NCBI GenBank assembly: GCA_036383775.1
Contig: DASVNP010000467.1
Coordinates: forward strand, 5,243 to 69,242
Direction: 5' to 3'
Origin: Paraburkholderia sp.
GTDB lineage: Bacteria; Pseudomonadota; Gammaproteobacteria; Burkholderiales; Burkholderiaceae
Length of the DNA stretch: 64,000 nucleotides
Position numbers and translations under genes: made by a program. How positions within the stretch are numbered: the first letter of the stretch is position 1; each line of letters opens with the position of its first letter. Positions 7,668 to 18,689 of the stretch are shown one piece after another. Below the pieces are notes generated by a model that saw nothing but the letters and a program-made list of their open reading frames with translations, searched no databases and was not told the origin of the DNA.

Positions 7668-9341
7668 TTACGGTTTGCGGCAGAGCTGACCGCCGTCATC
7701 ATCCGTCAAGTCAATCGCACTCCCCGAGTTCACACGTGTGCGCAATTCGAACTTCTGAATTTTGCCGGTAGACGTCTTGGGCAGTTCGCCGAAGCAGACC
7801 GCTTTGGGCAATTTGAAGCCTGCCAGAAAAAGCCGGCAATGCGCGACGATCTCCTCCATGGTGACCTGTGCGCCCTCCTTCAGTTCGACGAACGCGCACG
7901 GCACTTCACCCCACTTCGGGTCGGGCATCGCTACAACCGCGGCCACGGCTACGGCTGGATGGCGGTACAGGGTGTCTTCGATCTCGATGCTCGAGATGTT
8001 TTCGCCACCGGAAATGATAATGTCCTTGCTTCGATCCCTGATGCGGATATAGCCATCGGACATTAGTACACCCAGATCGCCCGTGTGAAACCAGCCGCCC
8101 CTGAAAGCGTCTTCAGTGGCAGGCTCATTCTTGAGGTAGCCCTTCATGCAGATGTTGCCGCGAAACATGATCTCGCCGAGAGTCTCGCCGTCGTTAGGCA
8201 CCGGCTCTAGCGTATCCGGATTCAAGACCGTCACGGCCGACTGCAAGTGGTAGCGCACACCTTGTCGGGCATTGAGCCGGGCCTGCTCGTCATTGCTCAG
8301 CGTTTCCCATTGCTCCTGCATTGCGCACACCGCGGCCGGTCCATACACTTCAGTCAGCCCATACACGTGTGTCAAATCGAAGCCGATTTCCTTTATGTTC
8401 GCAATCATCGCAGGAGCGGGCGCTGCACCCGCGACCATCGTCGCCACGTGGTGATCGATGCCATCACGCCATCGCTGCGGCGCATTGGCGAGCGCGCTCT
8501 GGACAATCGGCGCGCCGCAGTAATGCGTGACGCGCTCGCTGCGAATCAAGTCGAACACAGTTTTTGTGTCGAACTTCCGCAAGCAAACGTTAACCCCGGC
8601 TCTTGCCGCTACGGTCCACGGGAAACACCAGCCGTTGCAATGAAACAGCGGAAGTGTCCAGAGATACACCGCGTGTTTAGGCATATCCCATTCGAGGATA
8701 TTGCTCAGCGCATTCAGGTATGCGCCGCGATGGTGATAGACGACACCCTTGGGATCGCCCGTGGTACCGGACGTATAGTTCAGCGCAATCGCATCCCATT
8801 CGTCAGCCGGTGGTTGCCACGCGAATTCCGGATCGCCGCCTTGCAGAAAGATTTCGTAGTCAGTGGCGCGCGCAAACTTGTCAGGATCCGCCGGCTTGAC
8901 GTCGTTCACGCTGACAATGCGCAAGTCCGGAAACTCGAGCGAAGCGCACCAAGCCAGATCGGCAAACTCGGTATCGACGATCAGCGCCTTCGCTTCGCCA
9001 TGCCTCAGCATGAACAGGATCGACGACGTATCCAGCCGCGTATTCAGCGTATTGAGCACGGCGCCCGCCATCGGCACGCCGAAATGGGCCTCAATCATTG
9101 GGGGAATATTGGGCAGCAGCACCGCCACAGTATCGCCGCGGCCAATTCCTGCCTGCTGTAGAGCGCTGGCTAGACGCCGGGTGCGGTCGTAGGTCTCGCC
9201 CCAGTTGCGGCGAATCCCCTCATGGACGATCGCAAGTCGGTCGCCGTAGACTTCGGCAGCACGCACGATGTAATCAATTGGCGAAAGCGGAACATAGTTT
9301 GCTGTACGCCGCACCAGACCTTGCTCAAATGGATGAGTCAT
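7668..9341 (-). CDS. Acyl-CoA synthetase (AMP-forming)
   Basis: YTSGTTGDPKG, YGLTE, FHTGDL, DRSKDIIISGGENI and PKTSTGKI motifs. Start set at MTHPFEQ with RBS AAGGAG. Confidence 0.93.
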   Translation of the reverse strand: MTHPFEQGLVRRTANYVPLSPIDYIVRAAEVYGDRLAIVHEGIRRNWGETYDRTRRLASALQQAGIGRGDTVAVLLPNIPPMIEAHFGVPMAGAVLNTLNTRLDTSSILFMLRHGEAKALIVDTEFADLAWCASLEFPDLRIVSVNDVKPADPDKFARATDYEIFLQGGDPEFAWQPPADEWDAIALNYTSGTTGDPKGVVYHHRGAYLNALSNILEWDMPKHAVYLWTLPLFHCNGWCFPWTVAARAGVNVCLRKFDTKTVFDLIRSERVTHYCGAPIVQSALANAPQRWRDGIDHHVATMVAGAAPAPAMIANIKEIGFDLTHVYGLTEVYGPAAVCAMQEQWETLSNDEQARLNARQGVRYHLQSAVTVLNPDTLEPVPNDGETLGEIMFRGNICMKGYLKNEPATEDAFRGGWFHTGDLGVLMSDGYIRIRDRSKDIIISGGENISSIEIEDTLYRHPAVAVAAVVAMPDPKWGEVPCAFVELKEGAQVTMEEIVAHCRLFLAGFKLPKAVCFGELPKTSTGKIQKFELRTRVNSGSAIDLTDDDGGQLCRKP

Positions 9342-9386
9342 CGGATCGTCTCCTTGGGAGCGCAGCCCCCATTTGTTCTCGTTACT

Positions 9387-10230
9387 GGATCTGGTGCAAA
9401 TAGGTGGTCCGGGCGAGACATTTGTTATAAATACGGATGCCTTATCAATTGAAAAGGACAGCGTTCCAAACGGTAGGCGAAGCGGCGTCCATGAACCCGA
9501 GAGCGGAGAGATCAAACTGGCCCCTGCGAATGCGATGCATCAGCTCGATGCCTGAAATCGTGATCGCGACATTCTTGAACCGTTTGAAACCGAGCATCAC
9601 CTTCGTTCTCGACTTGATGTTTCGATGATCCTGCTCTATCAGATTGTTCAGATACTTCGAGTACCGCACCTTCGTGTCTGCAGGTAGCAGACCATCGACC
9701 TTCATCTCACACACGGCCCGGTGTGAGGCGGCATACCCATCGAGCGTGATCGTCTCTGGCGGCGGGCCCTGATGTTTGATCGCCCTGCTGAAAAAGGCAT
9801 TGGCTGCGGCCACATCGCGTTTCGCTCTGAGCATGAAGTCCACCGTCTGGCCAGTTCGATCTACCGCTCTGTACAGATAAACCAATTTGCCACGGATCTT
9901 CACGTAGGTTTCGTCAACGCGCCGCGACCGGCCGGCTGCCGTAGCCAAGCGATCCCAGCGCTTGACGAACTCCGGCGCGAACCGCTTGACCCAGCGCATG
10001 ATCGTCGTGTGCGCCAGAGAAAGGCCCCGTTCGGACATCATCTCGACCAGATCGCGCAGGCTCAGCTTGTAACGCAGGTACCAACGAACGCACAAGACGA
10101 TGACTTCGCGATCGAAATGTCGACGTTTGAGCAGCCTGTCAATTTTCCCCAACTCACTCATCTGTTTCGTCCTGCGCGCGTCAATAAACCCGTGAGCCTA
10201 ACCCAACCGCTTCATATTTGCGCCAGATCC
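9387..10230 (-). mobile_element. IS6-family insertion sequence (844 bp)
   Basis: Inverted repeats GGATCTGGTGCAAATA (9387-9402) and TATTTGCGCCAGATCC (10215-10230), one mismatch. No target duplication is visible. Confidence 0.92.
9445..10161 (-). CDS. IS6-family transposase
   Basis: [48 protein letters not shown]. Confidence 0.93.
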   Translation of the reverse strand: MSELGKIDRLLKRRHFDREVIVLCVRWYLRYKLSLRDLVEMMSERGLSLAHTTIMRWVKRFAPEFVKRWDRLATAAGRSRRVDETYVKIRGKLVYLYRAVDRTGQTVDFMLRAKRDVAAANAFFSRAIKHQGPPPETITLDGYAASHRAVCEMKVDGLLPADTKVRYSKYLNNLIEQDHRNIKSRTKVMLGFKRFKNVAITISGIELMHRIRRGQFDLSALGFMDAASPTVWNAVLFN

Positions 10231-10361
10231 AGTTTGGGTTGGCATCGCAGTTACAACCCCAGGGTTTTTAGCACTCCCTTTCCGACGGCCCAACTGTGCG
10301 TCGCGCGCCTACGCTGCGCTACGACGAGTCATGCCTCACGCCGAGTCAATCCATGGCGTGA

Positions 10362-10380
10362 TTCTAACGATGATAAGTTT
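10362..10380. promoter_or_regulatory. Putative TetR operator, copy 1
   Basis: TTCTAACGATGATAAGTTT resembles the palindromes at 13366, 37705 and 50421. Confidence 0.45.
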
Positions 10381-10523
10381 GACTGAAATTAGGGCATTCC
10401 CGGTGCTGTGGACGGGCCGACTGCGATTAGCATGTGCGCCGGGATAGCGGCACGCGACTTGACTGGCGCGTTGCGAAGCCGGATTTATAATTTTCAATGG
10501 TCTGAACACTTCATGGTGTCATC

Positions 10524-11210
10524 GTGGGTCCAAAAGCATCTACTGTCGTTTCCGCGCCTTATCACCACGGAAATCTGCGAAATACCCTGATTGCGGAGGG
10601 GCGTCGCGCTCTGGAGGAAATAGGCGTCCACGAACTCAGTTTGCGCTATCTGGCGCGAAAAGCCGGTGTTTCCGAAGCAGCGCCTTCTCGTCATTTCGCC
10701 GGCAAGGAAGGCCTACTTGCCGCCATCGCGGCCGATGGTTTTCGCGATCTTGCGGCGCTGCGCGCTGCCATATCGGAATCCGAAGAGACAGCGCATTCAA
10801 TGGCATACCGGATGATGAAGGTCTATGTCGAATTCGTGCAGCGCTACAAAGGCCTGTTCGAGTTAATGGTCGGTCCCCGGATTGTCGCGCGCGATTCCTA
10901 CCCGGAGTTGAGCAGGGAAATCTCGGCTTCGTTCCGGCTTTTCGCTTCGTCCATCGAGCAATTCGCGCTCGAAAAAGGCTGGGAAGACCAATCTCTGAAG
11001 CTCGTGACACATGCCGCATGGAGCATGGAGCATGGACTGGCAACCCTGATCCTGTCAGATCGCGTGCCGTCCCCCGGTCTTTCGCTGTCAATCGATAAGA
11101 TCGTGGAGTTCTCGATCAGCATGTTACTCAGTGCGGTGGCAGCAGGCGCGTCGAGCCTTGAGGAGGTCATGAAGCATATCGATGACTTGCGTAGCGTTAG
11201 CGACGCATAG
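10524..11210 (+). CDS. TetR/AcrR family regulator (WHG-type C-terminus)
   Basis: YHHGNLR...LSLRYLARKAGVSEAAPSRHF HTH and AWSMEHG motif. Confidence 0.92.
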   Translation: MGPKASTVVSAPYHHGNLRNTLIAEGRRALEEIGVHELSLRYLARKAGVSEAAPSRHFAGKEGLLAAIAADGFRDLAALRAAISESEETAHSMAYRMMKVYVEFVQRYKGLFELMVGPRIVARDSYPELSREISASFRLFASSIEQFALEKGWEDQSLKLVTHAAWSMEHGLATLILSDRVPSPGLSLSIDKIVEFSISMLLSAVAAGASSLEEVMKHIDDLRSVSDA

Positions 11211-11587
11211 CGAACTCGGCTTGAGCGTCGGGATCGGCCTGCGTGCAGGGAGTCTGGTAGGCTGACTCGTTGCCTCAATGCTAATGACTGGCTCGGTTGA
11301 GCGGCGCGCGAAATCGAACCGATTTATTCGCAAATAGATTAGTAGGCCAATTTATATCGATCATCGGACATAGCTGGATGTTTGCACCTTCGCCAATGCC
11401 GCCCGATGGTCCCGCTTTCGGAGCCTTGGAGCCGGAATAGGTCCTACTGCCGAATTTCCGTGTGGATAGTATCTTGTAAGGGGTATTCAGGACGAGAGTC
11501 CGGCGAAAGAAAGGGCAGACGTCTGGCAGTCGGTGTTCGGTACCAGTTCCCACGCGCGCACTGTCGTTGCGAAAACGCAGCAGATAT

Positions 11588-11790
11588 ATGACTAGAACGT
11601 CGACAGACCGCTCCCGACGAAGCATTGACGAGCGAACCAATTGCGGGCGGCGAAGCGCCCTTTAAGCCCGGCGACGATGGTTTGACCGACGCGCCCCGCG
11701 TAGGGGTGGGAACATATGTCTGGCCTGTCGCGGGGCAGGCCCAAGTCGAGGGCATACGCTGCATGATCGAGTCCGTCGCGATCCCGTCAC
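11588..11790 (+). pseudogene. Decayed small Cys-rich (CxxC) protein
   Basis: FKPGDD... in one frame and ICLACRGAG in another, resembling small PGDEA...CPxCxGxG proteins. Confidence 0.3.
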
Positions 11791-11939
11791 AGCGCGAACC
11801 CATCGCGAATGCAATCGACGCACAGGAAGCGTTCGACATCCGCCGGCCGAGATGAGTATCGTCGGGATCGGCGACCAAGCCGAATCATCCTCGATGAGGC
11901 ATGTTGAGTTCAGATTCGAAACAGCGGGCCGATTACCGG

Positions 11940-13007
11940 ATGATCGACGTCCGCAAAGCCCCGGTCACCGACAGGATGACGCGCGAAGCGTTTCGCGACC
12001 GGTTTATGAACCGCTTCGATGACCCGGCGTTCAGGGTGGAAGACGAGGTCCTTGCCCGGCTTGAACGATTGCATAGGACGCCTATTCCCACGCGCGCGAA
12101 TCGTCCATTACGAAAAAAGCGGGGGCTGGCCTCGTGGATCCTGACCACGACCTATCCGTTGAATGGCGGGCGGCCAGTGAGCGGATCAAGGCCACTCAGG
12201 CACGGCAGCGCGACGCGGCGACGTTCTCCCTTATTCTGATTGTCAATGCGTCGGCAAGGAACGATTGCACGTGACCGGGAGAAATTTCGAAGAGATTTCG
12301 CTTTGGCAAACTCGCCGAGCAAATGTTGGAGGGTAGCGGCTGTGACGTCGATTTCCTCGATCTCCCGCCTCTGAGTTCGGATCGAGATCTGCATATCCAT
12401 CCTTGCAAGGGCTGCATGTCGACGGCGATGCCGTTTTGTCACTGGCCATGCAGTTGCTATCCAAACCATTCTCTGGGGTTGGTGAACGACTGGATGAACG
12501 AGAATTACGAGCGATTCGCGGCGTGTCACGGCTTGCTGTTCGTGACAGCCTGTCTACTGGTATGAGGTAGGCGGCCCACTCAAGCTGTTGATGGAACGTC
12601 TTGTCTGCGCAGACGGCGGTAACCTGGATCCCACGTCGACACACGACAGGAAGCCGGACGAAGCCAAGCGGTTCGAACTCGCCGGATGGGACTATCCGAA
12701 GCATCTGGCCGGCAGGGCTTATGGTGTCATCGTTCATGGCGACGTCGCGTGCATTGAAGGCCCCCGCGGTGCGCTGACCGACTGGCTTGACTGGATGGGT
12801 TTTGTCGCGTCCGGCGTGAAGTCCCGTCTTGAACGCTTTATCGACTACTACGAGCCTTATGCGACGAGTCATGCTGCTCTTGATCAAGAAGATGACATGC
12901 AGAAGGAAGTCGTCAATGTGGCTCGCGCGATAACTGTTTGCGTCAATCAGATCCGCAAAGGGCGCAAGGAGGCGGATGAAAACCTTATGTCTGCGCGCAT
13001 GAAATGA
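11940..13007 (+). pseudogene. Flavodoxin-like / NADPH-dependent FMN reductase family pseudogene
   Basis: Three consecutive fragments (MIDVRK...; IHPCKGCMSTAMPFCHWPCSCYPNHSLG; RLVCADGGN...WDYPKHLAGRAYGVIVHGD) separated by frameshifts and stops. Confidence 0.82.
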
Positions 13008-13365
13008 CGGGCGAAGCGCTTCACTTGCCGTCGATTGCGGTGAGCTACCGGGCGGCCGGCGGGGAGGCCTCTGCGCGAGAATGGGCGGGAATCTCGATAT
13101 TAAGTTAGTTATCCTATATGTATGACAAGGATCCGTCCGACGGTCATCTAGCTTGGCGCCTTGCGCCAGTTCGTACCAAGCAGTCGATTCAGCTGCTCCG
13201 GCCGCTCGTCGATAAACGCCTCTCTATCTTCCTGAGCGAGTTCGCGCCTCTCAGAGTCGCCAGTACTACAGCGCAAAGCAGCGGTTCGAATTCAAAGCGC
13301 TTTCCCCGCGCTTTGCGACAGTCACCCTACCGACGAGAGGTGTCGGGAATACCCTGATTGCGCTA

Positions 13366-13384
13366 AACTTATCCATGATAAGAT
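13366..13384. promoter_or_regulatory. Putative TetR operator, copy 2
   Basis: Near-perfect palindrome AACTTATC-CAT-GATAAGAT. Confidence 0.6.
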
Positions 13385-13792
13385 CATAGCGCAAGCGTTG
13401 CATGGCTCCATGCAACGACTTGGCCGCCGGCGCGGCGAATACTGTGAGCGAATGGCGAGTCATCGGCTTGCCCCTGATCGAGCGGTTCTGTTAGGCGCCT
13501 AACAGACTTGTACAGCGACGCCGACTCGGTCTGTAACGGGTACAGCTACACGAGCGGACCTGTCACGGCAGCGCGCATGCGAGTTGTGGCGGTGCTCGTC
13601 CTGCGATGGCGTTGCGACGGGAAAACTTTCTTCGTGGAGAACCGCGGTTTCCGTCGCTGCCTCCGCGCTTTCACTGCTAGCGACCGCGGATCGTGCCCAC
13701 GTCGGTCACGGTATATCGCGAGCCAGCATCCGGCGCTCGCGACCAAAGACGATCATCTAACTGAACTGTTCTGACTTTCGATAGCTATTGCC

Positions 13793-14230
13793 ATGTCTGA
13801 AAAGCCCCAGCCGCGTGCACGCGATGAGTACCAGTACTTCCTGACGATCCCAACTCGTTGGATGGACAACGACGTGTATGGACACGTGAACAACGTCGTC
13901 TACTACAGCTATTTCGACACGGTTGTCAACGAGTATCTGGTCGGCGCCGGTGTGCTCGACTACGAGCGCGGTCGGACGATTGGTCTCGTAGTCGAGACGA
14001 AATGCAACTATTTTTCGCCGATCGCGTTTCCGCAACAGGTCGATGCGGGGCTGCGCGTCGCTCGGCTTGGTACGTCGAGCGTGCGCTACGAGATTGGCCT
14101 GTTCGCGACCCGTGACGCGTCTCCCGCCGCGCAGGGGCATTTCGTACACGTGTATGTCGATCGCGACACGCGACGGCCGGTGCAGTTGCCTGACCCGATG
14201 CGCTCAGCACTTGCCGCACTCGTTGTCTGA
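13793..14230 (+). CDS. Acyl-CoA thioesterase (hotdog fold)
   Basis: RWMDNDVYGHVNNVVYYSYFD motif. Confidence 0.92.
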   Translation: MSEKPQPRARDEYQYFLTIPTRWMDNDVYGHVNNVVYYSYFDTVVNEYLVGAGVLDYERGRTIGLVVETKCNYFSPIAFPQQVDAGLRVARLGTSSVRYEIGLFATRDASPAAQGHFVHVYVDRDTRRPVQLPDPMRSALAALVV

Positions 14231-14421
14231 CACGGGCGCGCTTTTGGCGCAGACGCAAATGAGGAGTGGGTCGCGTGTTTACCTCGACGTAACGATCGTG
14301 GGAGGCGACGCGAGCGAGTGGACTATCCAGACGTGCGACAAACCTGTCCGATCGGTTTCAAAGGTCGCAGACGAGTTCCACTCGGTCATTCACTGCAGTT
14401 TCAAAAGGAAAGGGAAGCAGC

Positions 14422-16500
14422 ATGACAACACAATATCAGGACCGCGGCGGCGTGGTCGTCATTACACTGGACAACCCTCCCGTCAATGGGCTCAGCCACC
14501 GCACGCGAACGGGGATCTTGGACGCGATGGTTCGTGCACTCGATGACGATGGCGTGAACGCTATCGTCATCGCTGGCACGGGTAACGCATTCTCGGGCGG
14601 TGCGGATATCCGTGAGTTCGGTACGCCGATGGCGTTCCAAGAGCCTACCCTGCAGACGGTGATCGACACTATCGAAGCTTCGCCCAAGCCCGTCGTGGCG
14701 GCGATTCATTCGGTGGCCATGGGCGGCGGGCTCGAGTTGGCACTTGGTTGCCACTACCGCGTCGCGGCGAAAGACGCGCTCATCGCGCTGCCGGAAGTGG
14801 AGCTCGGGCTGCTGCCGGGAGCCGGCGGGACGCAGCGGCTGCCACGCGCTATCGGCCTTGAGGCAGCATTGAACATGATTGTGTCCGGTAAGACGACGAC
14901 CGCCGGTGCGTTAGCACATACACGGCTTTTCGACCAAGTCGTCGAAGATGGTGTGCTCGAGGCTGCCGAAAAATATGCGCGAAACGTAGCTCATTCGCCG
15001 GGCGCACATCCGCGCTTGCGGGATCTTGCCGTGCAACACGATAGCGCTGAAGCCTATCTCGGATACGCTGGAGCAACTATCGCCGCTGCGGGTAACTTGC
15101 CGGCACCACTGAAATGTGTCGAGGCCGTGGCGGCATCTCTTAAGCCGTTCGACCAGGGCTTGCTGGAGGAGCGCGACGCTTTCCAGTATCTGATGTCCAC
15201 ACCGGAGTCGCGCGCGTTGCGGCATGCGTTCTTTGCCGAGCGAGCCGCTAGCAAGATTCCCGATGTACCCGCCGATACGCCTGTCCGCAAGATCGCTAAA
15301 GTCGCGGTGATCGGCGGAGGTCTTATGGGAAGAGGCATCGGCATGAGCTTCCTTAACGCTGGCCTGCCCGTTACTCTGCTGGAGACGAATTCCGACGCGC
15401 TCGCACGCGGCATAGAGACCATTCGACGAAGTTACGAAGACACTGCAAAAAAGGGCAAGCTTAGTCAGGATCAGATTGCGGAACGCATGTCGCTGCTCAC
15501 CACGACGTTGTCCTACGACGACATCAAAGGCGCCGACCTTGTGATCGAGGCGGTGTTCGAGGACATGAGCGCCAAGGAGGCAGTATTCAGGAAACTCGAT
15601 GAAATGATGAGGCCTGGCGCGATTTTGGCATCGAACACGTCCACGCTGGACGTCAACATCATCGCATCGTTCACGAAGCGCCCGCAAGACGTAGTCGGCA
15701 TGCATTTTTTCAGTCCCGCCAACGTGATGAAGCTACTCGAGGTTGTGCGGGGGAAGAAAACGGGTCGGGACGTTCTCGCCACGGTGATGGCGCTCGCAAA
15801 GCGGATTGGGAAGACCGCGGTGGTATCGGGCGTCTGCGACGGTTTCATCGGTAACCGGATGATCGAGCAATACAGCCGCCAAGCCGGCTTCCTGCTGGAC
15901 GAAGGGGCGCTACCCGAGCAGGTCGACCGCGCCGTCGAGCGATTCGGATTTGCCATGGGGCCGTTTCGCATGATCGACATGGCCGGCAACGATATTGCAT
16001 GGGCGATTCGAAAGCGCCGCGCCGTCGAAAATCCGGCGTTCAATTATTCAAAGGTCGGCGATCTTCTTTGCGAGATTGGGCGCTTCGGCCAAAAGACGGG
16101 CAAGGGCTGGTACGACTACAAACCAGGTGATCGAAAGGCGTATCCCAGCAAAGAGGTGAATGACATGATTGTCGGGCATTCAGAGGATCTAGGTATCGCC
16201 CGGCGGCGAATCAGCGATGAGGAAATCGTCGAACGCCTCGTGTACGCGCTCGTCAATGAAGGTGCGCTAATTGTTGAGGAAGGCATCGCGTCAAAGGCCT
16301 CCGATATCGACACCGTCTACCTGAACGGCTATGGTTTCCCGCGATTCCGCGGCGGTCCTATGCGTTATGCCGACGAGGTCGGACTTTACAACGTCGCGCG
16401 TTCGATCCGGCAATACGCACGCGGCTACCAAGGGCAGGCATGGCAGCTCGCACCGGTCTTGAAGAAGCTCGGCGACTCGGGCCAAGGGTTTAACGATTGA
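14422..16500 (+). CDS. Bifunctional enoyl-CoA hydratase / 3-hydroxyacyl-CoA dehydrogenase
   Basis: N-terminal crotonase (GGGLE, LPEVELGLLPGAGGTQRLPR), then GGGLMGRGI, IEAVFE, SNTSTL, GMHFFSPA and GFIGNR. Confidence 0.95.
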   Translation: MTTQYQDRGGVVVITLDNPPVNGLSHRTRTGILDAMVRALDDDGVNAIVIAGTGNAFSGGADIREFGTPMAFQEPTLQTVIDTIEASPKPVVAAIHSVAMGGGLELALGCHYRVAAKDALIALPEVELGLLPGAGGTQRLPRAIGLEAALNMIVSGKTTTAGALAHTRLFDQVVEDGVLEAAEKYARNVAHSPGAHPRLRDLAVQHDSAEAYLGYAGATIAAAGNLPAPLKCVEAVAASLKPFDQGLLEERDAFQYLMSTPESRALRHAFFAERAASKIPDVPADTPVRKIAKVAVIGGGLMGRGIGMSFLNAGLPVTLLETNSDALARGIETIRRSYEDTAKKGKLSQDQIAERMSLLTTTLSYDDIKGADLVIEAVFEDMSAKEAVFRKLDEMMRPGAILASNTSTLDVNIIASFTKRPQDVVGMHFFSPANVMKLLEVVRGKKTGRDVLATVMALAKRIGKTAVVSGVCDGFIGNRMIEQYSRQAGFLLDEGALPEQVDRAVERFGFAMGPFRMIDMAGNDIAWAIRKRRAVENPAFNYSKVGDLLCEIGRFGQKTGKGWYDYKPGDRKAYPSKEVNDMIVGHSEDLGIARRRISDEEIVERLVYALVNEGALIVEEGIASKASDIDTVYLNGYGFPRFRGGPMRYADEVGLYNVARSIRQYARGYQGQAWQLAPVLKKLGDSGQGFND

Positions 16501-16691
16501 AAAGCTATGGTTGCCTGATGCCTGAATGTTGCGCCCCGCGGCACGTTCCGTAATTGCAAACAGAAGTGATGAATGACGCAGTGATCATTTCCCCGGCGAG
16601 GGTCGAGTCTGCGTTTGGACACCAGCGCCGCTAATCGAACGGTTGCTGGCGGAAAGCAAATCGTTTAGCTAATCGAATACAGGAAACCGAG

Positions 16692-17867
16692 ATGAGCAAC
16701 GCAGTGATCGTATCCACCGCCCGAACTCCGCTGACCAAAAGTTGGAAAGGCGCATTCAACATGACCCATGGCGCTACGTTAGGGGGACATGTAGTTCAAC
16801 AGGCGCTGGCGCGTGCAGGCATCGACGGAGCCGAAGTCGAGGACGTGCTGATGGGTTGCTCTGCACCGGAAGGTGCCACTGGCTACAACATCGCGCGCCA
16901 GAGCGCGATCAAGGCGGGGTTGCCTGTCTCCGTGCCGGGGCTAACCCTTAACCGCTTTTGCGGTTCGGGCCTGCAATCCATCGTGCTGGCCTGCCAACGT
17001 ATTGGCATGGGGGAAGGCGAGGTCTATGTAGCCGGCGGGGTGGAAAGCATTTCTTGCGTGCAGAACCAATCGAATCGGCATATGTCGATCGACCCTTCGT
17101 TGGAACAGATCAAGCCTGAGATTTACTGGAGCATGCTGCAGACGGCCGAAGAGGTAGCCAAAGTATACGGCATTAGCCGAGAAGCGATGGACGTGTATGG
17201 CGCGGCGAGCCAGCAAAAGGCATGTGCGGCGCAGGCAGCAGGGCGCTTTGAAGCTGAAATTGCGCCAATCACCGTCACGAGGGGGCTCGTCGATTCCGGG
17301 CTTGGTTTCGTGACGCGCGAGGTAAATGTCTCGCGCGACGAGGGGCTACGCGAAGGAACCACGGTGGAGAGTATTGCCGGAATTCGGCCCGCGCTGCCAG
17401 ATGGCGTCGTAAGCGCGGGTAACGCAAGCCAGTTTTCCGATGGCGCGGGCGCGTGCGTGGTTGTAAGTGAAGCTTATGCCGAGCGGCACGGCCTGGCACC
17501 GCTAGGGCGTTTTCTTGGCTTCGCAGTGGCCGGTTGCGAGCCAGGCGTGATGGGAATCGGGCCAATCTTTGCCGTACCCAAGGTGCTAGGGCGCTTGGGC
17601 TTGAATACGGACGATATCGACCTTTGGGAGCTGAATGAGGCATTCGCGGTTCAGGTGATTTATTGCCGTGATTTCCTTGGCATTCCAGACGAGAGGTTGA
17701 ACGTGAACGGAGGTGCCATCGCGCTTGGCCACCCCTACGGCATGTCGGGCCAGCGCCTGACTGGCCACGCGCTGATCGAAGGCCGGCGGCGCGGAGCTAA
17801 ACGCGTCGCCGTGACGATGTGCATGGCCAGTGGCATGGGTGCAGCGGCCATTTTCGAAGTGCTCTAG
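16692..17867 (+). CDS. Acetyl-CoA C-acyltransferase (thiolase)
   Basis: NRFCGSG, NEAFA, GHPYG and C-terminal TMCMASGMG motifs. Confidence 0.93.
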   Translation: MSNAVIVSTARTPLTKSWKGAFNMTHGATLGGHVVQQALARAGIDGAEVEDVLMGCSAPEGATGYNIARQSAIKAGLPVSVPGLTLNRFCGSGLQSIVLACQRIGMGEGEVYVAGGVESISCVQNQSNRHMSIDPSLEQIKPEIYWSMLQTAEEVAKVYGISREAMDVYGAASQQKACAAQAAGRFEAEIAPITVTRGLVDSGLGFVTREVNVSRDEGLREGTTVESIAGIRPALPDGVVSAGNASQFSDGAGACVVVSEAYAERHGLAPLGRFLGFAVAGCEPGVMGIGPIFAVPKVLGRLGLNTDDIDLWELNEAFAVQVIYCRDFLGIPDERLNVNGGAIALGHPYGMSGQRLTGHALIEGRRRGAKRVAVTMCMASGMGAAAIFEVL

Positions 17868-18084
17868 GGAGCCATGCAAGTCGTGATCGTCGCTTTCACC
17901 TGAGTACACGTGCTGCACCTTAGTGAGGTCGGCTCTGTTTAAACGAGCAAGCCGGTTGACGCATTTTCTCTCGCGGGGCCCAAGATGGGATTTCCGCTAA
18001 AAGCTTAGGAGGATGTAGAGATTTTTCTGCCACCTCTTATCTGATTCTTCTACACACAAACCGGTTGCGTAACGCACAAAGAGG

Positions 18085-18378
18085 ATGTTTTCGATGATCG
18101 TGATCTTGGTCAATCTGAAAATCAAACCCGGGACATCCGAGGCGTTTATCTCGACGGCCCGACAGCTGGTCGATGCCTCACGCGCCGAACCCGGATGCAT
18201 GGGCTACGAATTGCTCAAAGGCAATGCGGACACGTCGTACTCGTTCCTTGAGCGCTACCGCGATGAAGAGAGGGCCGCCGCCCACCGCAAGTCCGACCAC
18301 TACCGCGTTCTCGGACGAAAGCTCGGGGACTACATCGATGGCAAGCCTGAAGTGATTACGCTTCACGGCCCAACGTGA
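18085..18378 (+). CDS. Antibiotic-biosynthesis-monooxygenase (ABM) family protein
   Basis: SRAEPGCMGYEL...FLERYRD...AHRKSDHY pattern. Confidence 0.85.
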   Translation: MFSMIVILVNLKIKPGTSEAFISTARQLVDASRAEPGCMGYELLKGNADTSYSFLERYRDEERAAAHRKSDHYRVLGRKLGDYIDGKPEVITLHGPT

Positions 18379-18689
18379 TTCTTCAGGGAGGCACACCAAG
18401 GGTGTCGTTTGATTTGAGCAGAGCCCGCCTTACGTATGCTTCTGCTCGCTAGAAATCAGCCGTATCCGGATTGGCGAGTGGCGGCAGGAAAGTAATTGAA
18501 ACGTGATAACGAGAGTTGCCAGACTTTCCGGCATTAAGCATCGGATCGTTCAGGGCAGCATGCAATTCGCGATATCCCGACCGTTAAGGACTTAAATTGA
18601 TCGCAGGTGTACCGCGCTGTCAAGTGCCTGCGCCTGCGAGAGGACTTGGCTGGCTAGGCCGGCAAACACCTTATGTAGAGACGTTAACC

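Noticed and set aside
9342-9515. 58-aa N-terminal extension of the acyl-CoA synthetase
   Set aside because: It reads through the IS6 end; a good RBS precedes the ATG at 9341.
16692-17867. Thiolase CMASG motif as a sign of inactivation
   Set aside because: Both catalytic Cys residues and the His are retained; the variation is within plausible family range.
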